A stretch of DNA of 64,000 nucleotides from Caldithrix sp. (GTDB lineage: Bacteria > Zhuqueibacterota > Zhuqueibacteria > Thermofontimicrobiales > Sulfurfontimicrobiaceae), in NCBI GenBank assembly GCA_020722815.1, contig DYKB01000033.1, forward strand, positions 3,916 to 67,915. The letters are read 5' to 3'. A program made the translations under genes and the position numbers. Of the stretch, positions 31,645 through 42,563 are shown in pieces (position 1 is the stretch's first letter; every line of letters begins with the position of its first letter). The notes beneath the pieces were generated by a model that saw only the letters and a list, made by a program, of their open reading frames with translations, was not told where the DNA came from and made no database searches.

Positions 31645-32445
31645 ATGGATTATTTTAATAAGGAGATTGTAACGGTGAAGGATTTTGAATTGCAACAATT
31701 AAAGGGAGAAATTTTAACACACGGAAAAATTCCTCGGCATGTTGCAATTATCATGGATGGTAATGGACGTTGGGCCAGACGTCGCGGGCTTCCCAGAGTT
31801 GCAGGGCATCGTGCCGGTATTAATTCGGTACGTGAAGTTGTAACCGCCTGCAGCGAATTAGGTATCGAAGTTTTGACGCTTTACACGTTTTCAAAAGAAA
31901 ATTGGCAACGGCCGGAAGAGGAAGTGACGGCCTTAATGCGCTTACTATTAATGACGATAAAAAAAGAAGTTTATGAGTTAAATAAGAATAATGTTCGATT
32001 ATCAATTATGGGCGAATTGAATGATTTACCAGCAGTGACGCGAAAAAGTTTAGTGGATTCTATTGAAATTTTAAAGAAAAATACCGGGCTCATCCTTAAT
32101 TTGGCTCTAAGTTATAGTAGTCGACGTGAGATTATTTCCGCCGTCAGCTCGATCTGTCGGGATATTCAAAATCAAAATTTACGACCAGAACAAATTGATG
32201 AACAGCTCTTTTCAAGGTATCTCTATACTGCCAATTTTCCGGATCCGGATTTGCTGATACGTACCAGTGGTGAATTGCGAATCAGTAATTTTCTTCTCTG
32301 GCAAATTGCTTATGCCGAGCTTTATATTTCAGATATTCTCTGGCCTGATTTTGGGAAGTATGAATTTTATAAAGCGATTCAGGCCTATCAACTACGCGAT
32401 CGCCGCTTTGGGAAAATTACCAATCAACCAATGATGGTAAATTGA
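31645..32445 (+). CDS. uppS: Undecaprenyl diphosphate synthase (isoprenyl transferase)
   Basis: HVAIIMDGNGRWA, FSKENWQRP, DLLIRTSGELRISNFLLWQ; alternative GTG start at 31675. Confidence 0.97.
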   Translation: MDYFNKEIVTVKDFELQQLKGEILTHGKIPRHVAIIMDGNGRWARRRGLPRVAGHRAGINSVREVVTACSELGIEVLTLYTFSKENWQRPEEEVTALMRLLLMTIKKEVYELNKNNVRLSIMGELNDLPAVTRKSLVDSIEILKKNTGLILNLALSYSSRREIISAVSSICRDIQNQNLRPEQIDEQLFSRYLYTANFPDPDLLIRTSGELRISNFLLWQIAYAELYISDILWPDFGKYEFYKAIQAYQLRDRRFGKITNQPMMVN

Positions 32446-32511
32446 ACCAAAACAAACGACAGTTGTTAATATTTTTATCGCTGCAACTAGCGTGACAGAA
32501 TAAATAGATTT

Positions 32512-32553
32512 TACAGATTTCGCTGATTAATGAATCCGTCAGCGAAATCTGTA
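32512..32553. repeat. Perfect 15-bp inverted repeat (REP-like)
   Basis: TACAGATTTCGCTGA / TCAGCGAAATCTGTA. Confidence 0.75.
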
Positions 32554-32760
32554 TCATCTTCAGTTTTGCTCACTTCCCTGAAGAAAAAGTAGCAGTGAAT
32601 CTTCAATCATCATTCTATATTGGGCGGGACGAACCATCAGAATAGTCTGGTTCAGTATATTCAAACGCTGATTATCGGTTATTGAATTTGAGTATGGGAT
32701 AATCGCAGGTGAAGTCTCGACATGGAACCAGGTCACCTGTGGGGGGAAGTATAATAAACA

Positions 32761-35700
32761 ATGCGCACCAGAAAATCAATTCTTTTACTTGTTTTATTAT
32801 TAATTTTTTTGACGTGTGCCTTCTATTATGGGTGGCAATTTTTTCAGGCAAATGAGAAAATTCAAGCCTATATTGTAGATACCATCCGCCCCCTCATCCA
32901 AAATAAATTTACCATCAAATCATTAAGACTCGCATTAGGTGCCGTTCATCTAAAGCACGTGACGATCGATTTTGATCAGTATAAAGTCGAAATTGATGAT
33001 ATTCGGCTTGGTTATCAATTTTCCAATTTTATCAAGTATGGATTCAGTCCCGAACATCTGGCCAATGATATCCTGTTATCCCATCCTGTCTTGACGATTC
33101 GAAATGACGCAACTTTATTAAAGTTTTTTCAGGATTCATCATTCCATCAGTCACCGGATTCAATCGGGATGTTAAAAACAACGAGCGAACCAATCAGTCT
33201 CATCCAGCGAATGACCATCTCCAACGGTGTCATCCAGCTTCAAGATAGTCTGGACCAGACGATTATCATCGCGAATGACTTGCGTGGATGGGTAAATTCT
33301 GCCAACCTAAATCCGGCCGTTGGTTGGGTCGAAGGGAAGTTATTTTCTGAATCCGAAAAAAATTTTTCAATTAAAACCAATTTAAATCTTTTAAATGGTC
33401 ATATTTACCAACTTGAGGTAGATTTAAACAAAATTAATGTTGGTAACATTCCCGATTATTTTCTTCCGGAAGATTTAATATTGAGGGATGGAATCCTGAG
33501 TGGTGGTTTTATTTTGAATCAAAATAAAACCATTGCGCTTACCGGGAGTGTCGACATCGAAAATGGTCAATGGGAAAAATTAAACTCGCCGTTCCTGTTT
33601 GAAGAAGTGACCGCCCATATCGAATTTAACCAGGACAGCATCAGCATCTCCCGGCTTTCGCAGAAACTTGGTGAAGGTCACATTCAAATTTCAGGACAAA
33701 TAAAGAATCCGACAGCGCCGGACCTGAATCTGACTGCGATTGGCGAGCAGGTCGAATTAAGTATTTTAAATGAAATCTTTTCTTTAAAGGATGCAATGAA
33801 ACTTTCCGGCAAAAGTAACTTCCAAATTAAAATCGCCGGACTACTTTCTCAATTTACACTGGCTGGTTTTCTAAACGCTGACTTATTTAAAATCTATCAA
33901 TTTTCTGGTAAAAATCTCAAATCACAATTCGAGTTTCGGGATTCTACACTCACTATTACAGAATTAAAAGGTGAAATTGCGGCCAGTGAGATTTATGGCG
34001 TTGGCAATGTTTCTTTTTCGAAAATTCATCCGATGCTAAAGGCCGATTTTCACAGTAATGGGGACCTCAGCCATTTATTACAATCCCAGCCTTTGACCGG
34101 GCTGATTAGCGGAAATTATACATCGGAAATAAAAATTGATGGCACGATTTCAGAACCAGACGCCCAGGTGCGTCTGTCTATCAATCTCATAAATCAACAA
34201 AAACCTTATTTTCTTAAAAATGAGTTTAATTATCAAAATGGAACTTTAAAGTTAATCCGGAACACAACCAGTGATTCCCAATTTACGATGGAAGGTGAAA
34301 TTCGGAATGTCCTGCAGCAGCCAGAATTAAATCTACAAATAAACAATTTTCACCAATTCTTATCATGGCTCTACCCGGAAAAAAAATCCCGCTTCGAAAA
34401 CAAACGAATGAATCTGATACTAAAAAGTAATTTCACGCGTTCGACATTATTTATGGAACTTTTTCGAAAAGATGATACAAAACTTTTTAATTTACTGGCC
34501 TCAAGTACACAACGTGATTCCATTACCTATATCTCTGGAGAGCTTTTCATCAATCCTTCACGACCTTTCCGCTTAAGTTCTCATTTTTTTATGAAGAGGA
34601 CACCGGATCAATTCATCCTGGAAACATTTGAATTGGGAAATTTCGCTAAAATAGCAGGTTCATATCACTTTAAGACCGATGAGATGACTGGAAATCTGGA
34701 AATTAAAGAAGCCCCGCTCTCGGATTTATCCAGTATTTTTAATCCGGCAAATTATGCCAAATTGCAGGGTAAAGTCAATGGAAAAGTCCAAATTTCAGGA
34801 CACCGTTCGCAGCCATTTATGAACGGCAACCTGGAAGTGAAGAATGGAACCTTTAACAAAGTTGGAACGTATGAAGGAACGATTTCGTTTAATTTGGAGA
34901 ACGATGTGTTCTTTCTCAGTGATCTATTGGTTCAAAAAGATTTTAAATCTTTGTTGCAGGCGCGTGGCTATTATAATCATCAGACTGATGGAATTTCCTT
35001 TTATATCAACAGTCCAGGATTCGAATTAAAAGATTTACTGCAAGCTACGGGAATTGCACCCGGCTGGTTTTCCGGTAAATGTATCCTTGATCTGCAACTT
35101 AGCAACCGGCTTCACGAACCCATTATGCGCGGCAAAATGAATCTGAGTGATGGTAAAATTTATCGTTTCCATTACGATTCCTTGCGGTGTGATTTTGGAG
35201 AAACCGGACGTATTGAAAAATCTCCCCATACCGGGGTGATTGAGGTCAATCGTTTGCATTTGATTCGAAAAAATGTATTTAATATCTTTGGAAAGGGATT
35301 CTTTCCGCTATCAAACCAGCAAGAAATGAACTTTTCCCTGAATGGAAAAGGCAATTTTTTGGATATTTTGCCCGAATTAACCAGCTTTTTCAAAAAAACA
35401 ACGAGTGAAGGTCAATTAAAGGTAAAAATTGGCGGCAACTATAAAGCTGTAAAATTTACTGAGGCCGAACTCATCCTACGGGAAGGCCTTCTGGATGTCG
35501 AGTCGGTCTTTCCGAAGATAACGGATATTGATCTCCAGGTGCATTTGCACCCGGAAAACAATTTTCTGGAACTTGTAAATTTATCAGGCAGGGTGCGGGG
35601 AGAATTGTTACAATTCTCCAACATGGAATCGGTTAAACTGGCTGATCATCGACCGCTGACGCCTTTTTTCCTGGAAGAGCTGGACCTCAACTTCGGCACG

Positions 35701-36861
35701 CTGATTATCACGACGGGAAGCAAAGGCATACCTTTGAATATTCCGGGGGCGATGGAAGCGGGTGATTTAGGGTGGTTTGAATTTACCGGTGCGAGACCGG
35801 ATGAGGAATTTTACTTTACCGGCCCATTTGAACATCCCTATGCACGCGGACAGATAAAATTTCGAAATGTCAATTTCACGTATCCCTTTTTAGAGTCAGA
35901 AATCGATACTGAGTCCGTGGTAACCCAGGTGTTAGAAAGTATGTATTGGGATGTTGATGCCGTAACCGTAAAAGATACCCGCTATATCCGGAAAATTTTC
36001 AGTGGGCCGGACGCTGTTTTTGTTAATCTCATTTTAAATAATGATCAAAAACTACATTTTCAAGGTTCTGTACACGATGAAAGTCTTCGGCTCGAAGGCA
36101 CTATTGAAGCCACCCGAGGAAATGTCGAATATCTTGATTTTAATTTTAAAATGCATGACGGCGGCGTCCAATTTGATCGCAATTCAATTTTTCCGTATGT
36201 ACATGGAAAAGCACGAACAACACTGATCGATACCCTTGGTTTTTCAAACGATTTCTGGTTGACACTATACTTAATTGATCCCGTAACCGGTGAAAAACGA
36301 GAGCGGGGCCGATGGGATGAACCCAATCTCTATTTTGAACTGACATCCAGTAAATCCAACCTGGGTAATACCAGTGGTGAGATCTTAGAGCATCTTGGCT
36401 ATTCTGTCAAAAATTTTAAATCCCTGATGCCGGATATAATCGGAATCGGCGCGGATAATCTGATATTAAATCCAATCATCCGTCCTTTCGAACGCAAAAT
36501 AGAACGTTTTTTCGGGTTGGATTTTGTACAATTCCGTTCCCGATTTGCCAGAAATCTTTTAGAGCGACAATTTAGTCATAATCCATTACATGATGATTCA
36601 CGCTATGCTCTGTTACGAAATACACGCTTGTCAGTCGGAAAATACCTGGCGAATCAGTGGTTTTTTCTCTATACCGGCGAATTAGAAAGCTCAATTCGCT
36701 ATCGGCCCAGTTTACCGACGCTCGGTTTACGACATACATTTGGTTTGGAATATCAAATTTCTCCAAATCTATTTTTTGAAATGGAATATGACTATAATAG
36801 CCTGCTATTAAAAAATAAAGTGGATAAAAAATTTCTGTTACGTCATTCATTTCCATTTTAA
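32761..36861 (+). CDS. tamB: TamB/AsmA-like envelope bridge protein
   Basis: 1366 aa, N-terminal membrane anchor, repeated beta-taco motifs (GQIKNPTAPDLNL, IDGTISEP, ISGHRSQP), C-terminal VGKYL...GLEYQI; upstream of bamA. Confidence 0.75.
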   Translation: MRTRKSILLLVLLLIFLTCAFYYGWQFFQANEKIQAYIVDTIRPLIQNKFTIKSLRLALGAVHLKHVTIDFDQYKVEIDDIRLGYQFSNFIKYGFSPEHLANDILLSHPVLTIRNDATLLKFFQDSSFHQSPDSIGMLKTTSEPISLIQRMTISNGVIQLQDSLDQTIIIANDLRGWVNSANLNPAVGWVEGKLFSESEKNFSIKTNLNLLNGHIYQLEVDLNKINVGNIPDYFLPEDLILRDGILSGGFILNQNKTIALTGSVDIENGQWEKLNSPFLFEEVTAHIEFNQDSISISRLSQKLGEGHIQISGQIKNPTAPDLNLTAIGEQVELSILNEIFSLKDAMKLSGKSNFQIKIAGLLSQFTLAGFLNADLFKIYQFSGKNLKSQFEFRDSTLTITELKGEIAASEIYGVGNVSFSKIHPMLKADFHSNGDLSHLLQSQPLTGLISGNYTSEIKIDGTISEPDAQVRLSINLINQQKPYFLKNEFNYQNGTLKLIRNTTSDSQFTMEGEIRNVLQQPELNLQINNFHQFLSWLYPEKKSRFENKRMNLILKSNFTRSTLFMELFRKDDTKLFNLLASSTQRDSITYISGELFINPSRPFRLSSHFFMKRTPDQFILETFELGNFAKIAGSYHFKTDEMTGNLEIKEAPLSDLSSIFNPANYAKLQGKVNGKVQISGHRSQPFMNGNLEVKNGTFNKVGTYEGTISFNLENDVFFLSDLLVQKDFKSLLQARGYYNHQTDGISFYINSPGFELKDLLQATGIAPGWFSGKCILDLQLSNRLHEPIMRGKMNLSDGKIYRFHYDSLRCDFGETGRIEKSPHTGVIEVNRLHLIRKNVFNIFGKGFFPLSNQQEMNFSLNGKGNFLDILPELTSFFKKTTSEGQLKVKIGGNYKAVKFTEAELILREGLLDVESVFPKITDIDLQVHLHPENNFLELVNLSGRVRGELLQFSNMESVKLADHRPLTPFFLEELDLNFGTLIITTGSKGIPLNIPGAMEAGDLGWFEFTGARPDEEFYFTGPFEHPYARGQIKFRNVNFTYPFLESEIDTESVVTQVLESMYWDVDAVTVKDTRYIRKIFSGPDAVFVNLILNNDQKLHFQGSVHDESLRLEGTIEATRGNVEYLDFNFKMHDGGVQFDRNSIFPYVHGKARTTLIDTLGFSNDFWLTLYLIDPVTGEKRERGRWDEPNLYFELTSSKSNLGNTSGEILEHLGYSVKNFKSLMPDIIGIGADNLILNPIIRPFERKIERFFGLDFVQFRSRFARNLLERQFSHNPLHDDSRYALLRNTRLSVGKYLANQWFFLYTGELESSIRYRPSLPTLGLRHTFGLEYQISPNLFFEMEYDYNSLLLKNKVDKKFLLRHSFPF

Positions 36862-36966
36862 TGAACCATGCCTGAGAAATTTATGAATAGATAGTTAAAG
36901 AGAGTATTTTTAAAACGATTCTTTTTAAAAATTAATAATTTTCGTATCAAATTGCAGGCTAAAACT

Positions 36967-37216
36967 CTATAACTTTCGGCAAGCACAAGAAAATGGCTTC
37001 CATTTCTAAAGAATAGAGTGACAGGTCATGCCCGAATGCTTTTATCGGGCATTCAATATTTCCTTGAAGCTGGATTTCCGTCAAACTTGTACTCGAATAT
37101 TTTTGCCGAGTAAACAGGCGGAAATGACTGTGGTCAGTACTAAAATCTTTTGGTACTTAATGCATTAATTTTATTAATCTTAAGCCATAATCCATAAAGT
37201 GTGCCGAACACTATTG
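36967..37216. mobile_element. MITE-like element, family A copy 2
   Basis: Right TIR GTGTGCCGAACACTATTG; core GTCATGCCCGAATGCTTTTATCGGGCAT...GGATTTCCG...GCGGAAATGAC; colinear with 18984-19240. Confidence 0.75.
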
Positions 37217-37458
37217 AAATTCAACATTTATCTCATTAAGAATGGGATTAAACTGGAAAAAATAAGAAACTGATAATTCGAGTCTATCCGAAAAACGATT
37301 CTGCTGTTTTATTTAGGGTGTTACGAGCCTTAAAGCGGATTAAGGTATTTAAGGACAGACATTCATCGATATTCTTTTCAGACTTACGGCTCGATTTTTT
37401 ACTTTACAAGAGTAAAAAAATTTTGTATCTTCATTATTCGTTTGGGAGGCTGATTTAA

Positions 37459-39795
37459 ATGCTAACGATTAACAAAATAAAGCCTTATACCTTTGTACTG
37501 GCTCTTGGTTTATTTCTTATATTCCTTTTTACAAATGCTTTTAGTCAAACAGGTGAAAAATTTCGTATCCTCGGGATCAATATTTCCGGTTCGGAACGGC
37601 AGGATATTATCCGAACCAGCGGTTTACAAAGCGGAAAAGAAATCACCCCGGATGACATTCAAAATGCAATAAAACGATTATGGAGTCGACAACTTTTTTC
37701 AAATATCAAGATTATCGTCGAAAAGAGCACTTACGACGGTGTTTTTCTATTAATTGAAGTTGAAGAATATCCGCGATTGGTGAATGAGGAATTTCTAAAA
37801 TTTAATGGAAATAAAAAAATTAAAGCTAAAGAATTAAAGAAAGAAATAGATCTGGAAGCGGGTGAAGTCTTAAGTGATTGGACTATTAATCGTGCCAAAC
37901 AAAAGATTATTAAGCTTTATCGGGATAAAGGCTACTTGATGGCCACTGTCAGTCCAGAAACATTTAAATCCAGCACTGAAGAGAATCGCGTTATTTTGCA
38001 ATTCAATATTAAGGAAGCCAATAAGGTTCAGGTCAAAAAAATATTATTTAGTGGGAATAAGGCGTTTCCAGATGGTAAGCTGCGGAAACAGATGAAAGAG
38101 ATTAAAGAGGATCGTTTCTGGCGGAGTGCCGACTTCGATGAGGAAAAGTTTGAAGACGACAAGTTAAAAATTCTAGAGTTTTATCGGAACAATGGTTACC
38201 GTGACGCGGAAATTATTGGGGATTCGATCCGATATGATGATGAAAATAAGGACATGTTTATTGAAATTACGGTCAATGAAGGGAAATTATATCACTTTGG
38301 CAAAATTACCTGGGAAGGAAATACCGTTTTTTCCACTGAAGAATTAGCGTCAAAACTGGAATTTAAAACGGGCGATATTTACAGCCATGAAAAGCTGGTG
38401 AAAGCACAACAAGAGCGAGTGGGAAGTTTGTATTATGATAATGGTTACATCTTTTCGACGATCCCCTGGAAAGAAAAGCCCGTTGGTCAGGATACTATCG
38501 ACATTCACTGGTTTATATCAGAAGGCAAACCGGCACGTGTCGGTGCCATCGAAATAACCGGTAACACCAATACCAAAGAAAAAGTGATTCGACGTGAGTT
38601 AAAAATACATCCCGGCGATATCTTCAGTAAAGAATTGGTCCAGCGGAGTCAACGTGAAGTCTATATTCTGAACTATTTTAGTGACGTTCAAATAGAACCC
38701 ATTCCGGCGCAAACGGGTGATGAAATTAATCTCAAATTTTCTGTCAAAGAAAAATCAACCCAAACCGCCCACATGTCTGCTGGCTATAGCGAACGCGATA
38801 AGATGATCGGAAATGTGGGGGTGTCCATGAACAATTTATTTGGTAATGGGCAGCATTTAAGTTTTGACTGGAATTTTGGCCGTTACTATCGATCGTTCCA
38901 GATAAGCTTCACCGAACCCTGGCTGCTTGATACGCCAACGCTGGGCGGATTTAGTTTCTATGACACAAAACGTGAAAATGCCTACTGGCAGCCTTTTAAA
39001 GAAAATAGTCGGGGTGGTACTTTCCGCGTGGGACGTCGTTTCCGCTGGCCAGATAATTATTTCCGGGGCGACTGGATTTATCGACTTGATCGAACCGAGT
39101 ATTCGGATTTTGATGACTGGTACCGGGAAAGTTACCCCTATGGTATCGTGTCACAAAAGTGGCCATTAACTGTCAGTAGTGTCACTCAAATTATTTCTCG
39201 AAACAGCTTTGATATGCCGGAATTTCCCACGCAAGGTTCAGAATTTTCTTTCTCTGCTGAATTGGCTGGAGGCCCCCTGGGTGGTAGCGCCGATTATCAT
39301 AAATATATTTTAGAAGCCAAATGGTTTACCCCCATCTGGTGGAAATTTGTCCTGTATTCAAATGTTATGACAGGATTGATTGCCGGACTCAAACCAGGTA
39401 ATATCGTCCCTACGTATGAAATGTTCTACATGGGAGGTGATGGTCTGACACGCGCAATTCCATTACGTGGCTATGAGGATCCGTACGCTGGAAGTTGGGT
39501 ACGGGAAATTGGGGGGCGAACCGCTTTAAAATACTCGACTGAATTTCGTGTCCAGATTATTCCCAATCCAACCATGTATGGTCTCATTTTCGCAGAAGCC
39601 GGAAATACCTGGTCCAATCTGAAAGAAACTGATCCAATGAATTTACGCCGTTCAATTGGGGTTGGTGCTCGTCTTTTCATGCCCATGATTGGGATTATCG
39701 GCTTCGATTATGCTTATGGATTCGACTATTATGACTCATTTGGCAGACGCTCTGGGAAATGGGTGCCCCATTTCGTTTTTGGCCGTGGTTTTTAA
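37459..39795 (+). CDS. bamA: Outer membrane protein assembly factor BamA
   Basis: POTRA repeats (GNTNTKEKVIRREL), NNLFGNGQ, FTEPWLLD, PLRGY, C-terminal FGRGF. Confidence 0.96.
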   Translation: MLTINKIKPYTFVLALGLFLIFLFTNAFSQTGEKFRILGINISGSERQDIIRTSGLQSGKEITPDDIQNAIKRLWSRQLFSNIKIIVEKSTYDGVFLLIEVEEYPRLVNEEFLKFNGNKKIKAKELKKEIDLEAGEVLSDWTINRAKQKIIKLYRDKGYLMATVSPETFKSSTEENRVILQFNIKEANKVQVKKILFSGNKAFPDGKLRKQMKEIKEDRFWRSADFDEEKFEDDKLKILEFYRNNGYRDAEIIGDSIRYDDENKDMFIEITVNEGKLYHFGKITWEGNTVFSTEELASKLEFKTGDIYSHEKLVKAQQERVGSLYYDNGYIFSTIPWKEKPVGQDTIDIHWFISEGKPARVGAIEITGNTNTKEKVIRRELKIHPGDIFSKELVQRSQREVYILNYFSDVQIEPIPAQTGDEINLKFSVKEKSTQTAHMSAGYSERDKMIGNVGVSMNNLFGNGQHLSFDWNFGRYYRSFQISFTEPWLLDTPTLGGFSFYDTKRENAYWQPFKENSRGGTFRVGRRFRWPDNYFRGDWIYRLDRTEYSDFDDWYRESYPYGIVSQKWPLTVSSVTQIISRNSFDMPEFPTQGSEFSFSAELAGGPLGGSADYHKYILEAKWFTPIWWKFVLYSNVMTGLIAGLKPGNIVPTYEMFYMGGDGLTRAIPLRGYEDPYAGSWVREIGGRTALKYSTEFRVQIIPNPTMYGLIFAEAGNTWSNLKETDPMNLRRSIGVGARLFMPMIGIIGFDYAYGFDYYDSFGRRSGKWVPHFVFGRGF

Positions 39796-39944
39796 TTTTG
39801 AAGTTATCATAAATGAAACAAGTAATGAACGAATTATCCCATTTGAAGGTATAATTCACGAATTTGTTAAAACTGAATTTTCAAACTAATTAATACTTAA
39901 ATCTCAATTTAATTTAAACTATTCCAATTTTGGAGGAGGAAACC

Positions 39945-40496
39945 GTGAACAAACGAAGTTTCTGGCTGCTGAGTGTCTTTATTATTTTAATGTTATCCAC
40001 CAGCTTTTTATTTGCTCAAAACTTAAAAATCGGCTATATAAATTCCGAAAAAATTAAAGCTGAATACACCGAAGCCAAAGATGCGCAGAAAAAGATACAA
40101 GATATTAACGCCAAATGGGAAGAAGAAGCTTTGGCAAAACAAAAAGAAATTGCCGAACTCCAGGAACAGCTAGAAAGTCAGAGCCTGCTTCTGAGTGAAG
40201 AAAAGAAACGGGAAAAATATCAGGAACTTCAGAACCTGGCATTAAAGTTTGAACAATATAAACAACAGAAATGGGGCCAACAGGGCGAAATTTACCTGAA
40301 ACGTGAAGAAATCTGGAAACCTGTTGAAGAAAAAATATTTGCAGTTATTAATCAAACAGGCAAGGCCGAAAGTTTCGATTATATTTTCGATAGTGCCCTC
40401 AATGTTTTTCTGTATATCGATTCGAAGATGCCCGATTTGACCACGAAAGTTATTGAAGAATTGAATAAAACCGCCGCTGCACCGGCCAAGAAGTAA
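39945..40496 (+). CDS. skp: OmpH/Skp periplasmic chaperone (copy 1)
   Basis: KIGYINSEKI, coiled coil, DYIFD, DLTTKVIEEL; GTG start after GGAGGAGG. Confidence 0.93.
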   Translation: MNKRSFWLLSVFIILMLSTSFLFAQNLKIGYINSEKIKAEYTEAKDAQKKIQDINAKWEEEALAKQKEIAELQEQLESQSLLLSEEKKREKYQELQNLALKFEQYKQQKWGQQGEIYLKREEIWKPVEEKIFAVINQTGKAESFDYIFDSALNVFLYIDSKMPDLTTKVIEELNKTAAAPAKK

Positions 40497-40535
40497 TTTT
40501 TTAATAGGGTACACGAAAAGCTAAGGTGTTAAGCT

Positions 40536-40571
40536 CAGACCTTCAAGATTTTTACAAACCTTGAAGGTCTG
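40536..40571. repeat. REP-like hairpin (AGACCTTCAAG family)
   Basis: CAGACCTTCAAG...CTTGAAGGTCTG; the same arms bound 50833-51079. Confidence 0.7.
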
Positions 40572-40621
40572 TTTATTTATTCGTCTAAGATGAAAATCGT
40601 CTTTTGCAGGAGGATTTAGCT

Positions 40622-41170
40622 TTGTTTCGCGATAAAATTATACTCGTGATGGCATTTTTTTCTTTTCTAAGTCTGTCAAATACCTTGCTATGGAGCCAGC
40701 GGCCGAAAATCGCTTATATCAATTCAGAAAAAATAAAAGCAGAATACCGCGAAGCACAGGATGCTGATAAAAAATTGCAGGATTACAATGCTCAATGGGA
40801 AAAAGAAGCCATTGAAAAACAAAAAGAAATCGAAAATTTACAAAAACAGTTAGATTCGCAATCACTCCTCCTGAGCGAAGAAAAAAAACGCGAAAAATAC
40901 GATGAACTCGAAAAACTTACACAAGATTTCGAACGGTTCAAGGAACAAAAATGGGGACAGCAGGGAGAAATTTTCCGACGCCAGGAAGAAATCTGGAAAC
41001 CCATTTATGATAAAATTTTTGCCGCGATCAATAAAATTGCTGAAGATGATGACTATGATATGATCTTCGATTCTGCAATGAACGTTTTTTTATATATCGA
41101 TACAAAACGTCCTGATTTAACGGACCAAATCGTTGAGTTATTAAACAAGGGACTTCTTACGACCAAATGA
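40622..41170 (+). CDS. skp: OmpH/Skp periplasmic chaperone (copy 2)
   Basis: KIAYINSEKI; close paralog of copy 1; TTG start after AGGAGG. Confidence 0.92.
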   Translation: MFRDKIILVMAFFSFLSLSNTLLWSQRPKIAYINSEKIKAEYREAQDADKKLQDYNAQWEKEAIEKQKEIENLQKQLDSQSLLLSEEKKREKYDELEKLTQDFERFKEQKWGQQGEIFRRQEEIWKPIYDKIFAAINKIAEDDDYDMIFDSAMNVFLYIDTKRPDLTDQIVELLNKGLLTTK

Positions 41171-41277
41171 TTCATTACTTCAGGGAGCTTTGATGAAATT
41201 TAAGCACCGATTTTATGGATTTGATTGATTTGAATTTAAAAAATCGGCAAAATCGATGATTATTTTTTTAAAATTAA

Positions 41278-41409
41278 GCAATCTACTTTAAAATGCTTCA
41301 TTTTGTCATGCTGAGCGAAACGAAGTGCAAGGCTATATTTTTCAAAGACTGATGCGATTCTTCGCTTCGCTCAAAATGACAGGATTGTACATTTTTCGAG
41401 TGGACTCAT
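41278..41409. mobile_element. MITE-like element, family B copy 2
   Basis: Core TGTCATGCTGAGCGAAACGAAG...GATTCTTCGCTTCGCTCAAAATGACA; right end TTTTTCGAGTGGACTCAT. Confidence 0.65.
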
Positions 41410-41453
41410 GAAATCACCAGAAACTTCTGTATAAAAATGAAACTGATTGAAAA

Positions 41454-42518
41454 ATGATAGAACAAAAAAGTTTAACGCTCAATCAAATCTGCCAGCTCAC
41501 CAAGGGAAGATTGTCCGGAGATGGCGAAACAGTGATCAACCGTACGGTTCGACTCGACGAAGCCAAACCTGGTGATATATCCTTTATCGCTGCTCCAAAA
41601 TATGCCAAAAATCTGGAAAACTGTCAGGCAACCGCCTTAATAGTGTATCCGGAGTTTAATGTCCCGCTAACCACCAACCTGATCTACGTGGACGATCCGT
41701 TCAGTTCCTTTTTCATGGTCGTTCAGGCGATGACCCCGGAGATGGAACCGCTGCAACCCGGCATCCATCCAACCGCCATCATTGGTGACGGGACAACTTT
41801 AGGAAAAAACATCGCAATTGGTCCTTACGTGATTATCGGAAAAAATTGCAAAATTGCCGACAACGTACAAATTTATTCAGGTACCACGATTCTTAATCAC
41901 GTTGATATTGGCGGCAACACGCGAATTTATCAGAATGTTTCCATTCGGGAGGGGTGTGTTATTGGCGAACGCGTTATTTTGCATGCGGGAGCGGTGATTG
42001 GCGCCGATGGATTTGGATTTCGGAATGTCAATGGTAAAATTCAGAAAATTCCGCAACTGGGATATGTTATTATTGAAGATGATGTTGAAATTGGTGCCAA
42101 TACCTGTGTCGATCGCGCTATTTTTGGGGCAACACGAATCGGTAAAGGCAGCAAGCTCGACAATTTAATACAGGTCGCTCATAATGTAGTGATTGGTGAA
42201 AATACAGTCATTGCCGCCCAGACAGGAATCGCTGGTAGCAGTCAGCTCGGTAATGGTGTCGTCATCGCTGGGCAGGTAGGAATCGCTGATCACATAAAAA
42301 TAGGCGATTCAGCAATTTTAGCGGCGCAGGCTGGTATCACGAAAGACGTTCCCCCTAAAATCGTTGTCTCCGGATACCCGGCGCGTGAACATTTTCGGGC
42401 CAAACGCGAAGAAGCTGTAATTCGAAAATTGCCCGAATTAGCCAAACTCCTGTCCGAATTAAAGAAAAAAGTTGCTGAGCTTGAATCTACTACCATTAAA
42501 ATTTCATCTAATTTTTAA
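41454..42518 (+). CDS. lpxD: UDP-3-O-acylglucosamine N-acyltransferase
   Basis: Hexapeptide repeats, IGADGFGF, IPQLGYV, KLDNLIQVAHNV. Confidence 0.97.
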   Translation: MIEQKSLTLNQICQLTKGRLSGDGETVINRTVRLDEAKPGDISFIAAPKYAKNLENCQATALIVYPEFNVPLTTNLIYVDDPFSSFFMVVQAMTPEMEPLQPGIHPTAIIGDGTTLGKNIAIGPYVIIGKNCKIADNVQIYSGTTILNHVDIGGNTRIYQNVSIREGCVIGERVILHAGAVIGADGFGFRNVNGKIQKIPQLGYVIIEDDVEIGANTCVDRAIFGATRIGKGSKLDNLIQVAHNVVIGENTVIAAQTGIAGSSQLGNGVVIAGQVGIADHIKIGDSAILAAQAGITKDVPPKIVVSGYPAREHFRAKREEAVIRKLPELAKLLSELKKKVAELESTTIKISSNF

Positions 42519-42563
42519 TATGTAATCTAGCAGACAGGTACTAGGGAGGAAAAATTAAATAAG

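Noticed and set aside
39945-41170. Tandem skp duplication as a novelty
   Set aside because: Two ompH genes after bamA are common in FCB bacteria
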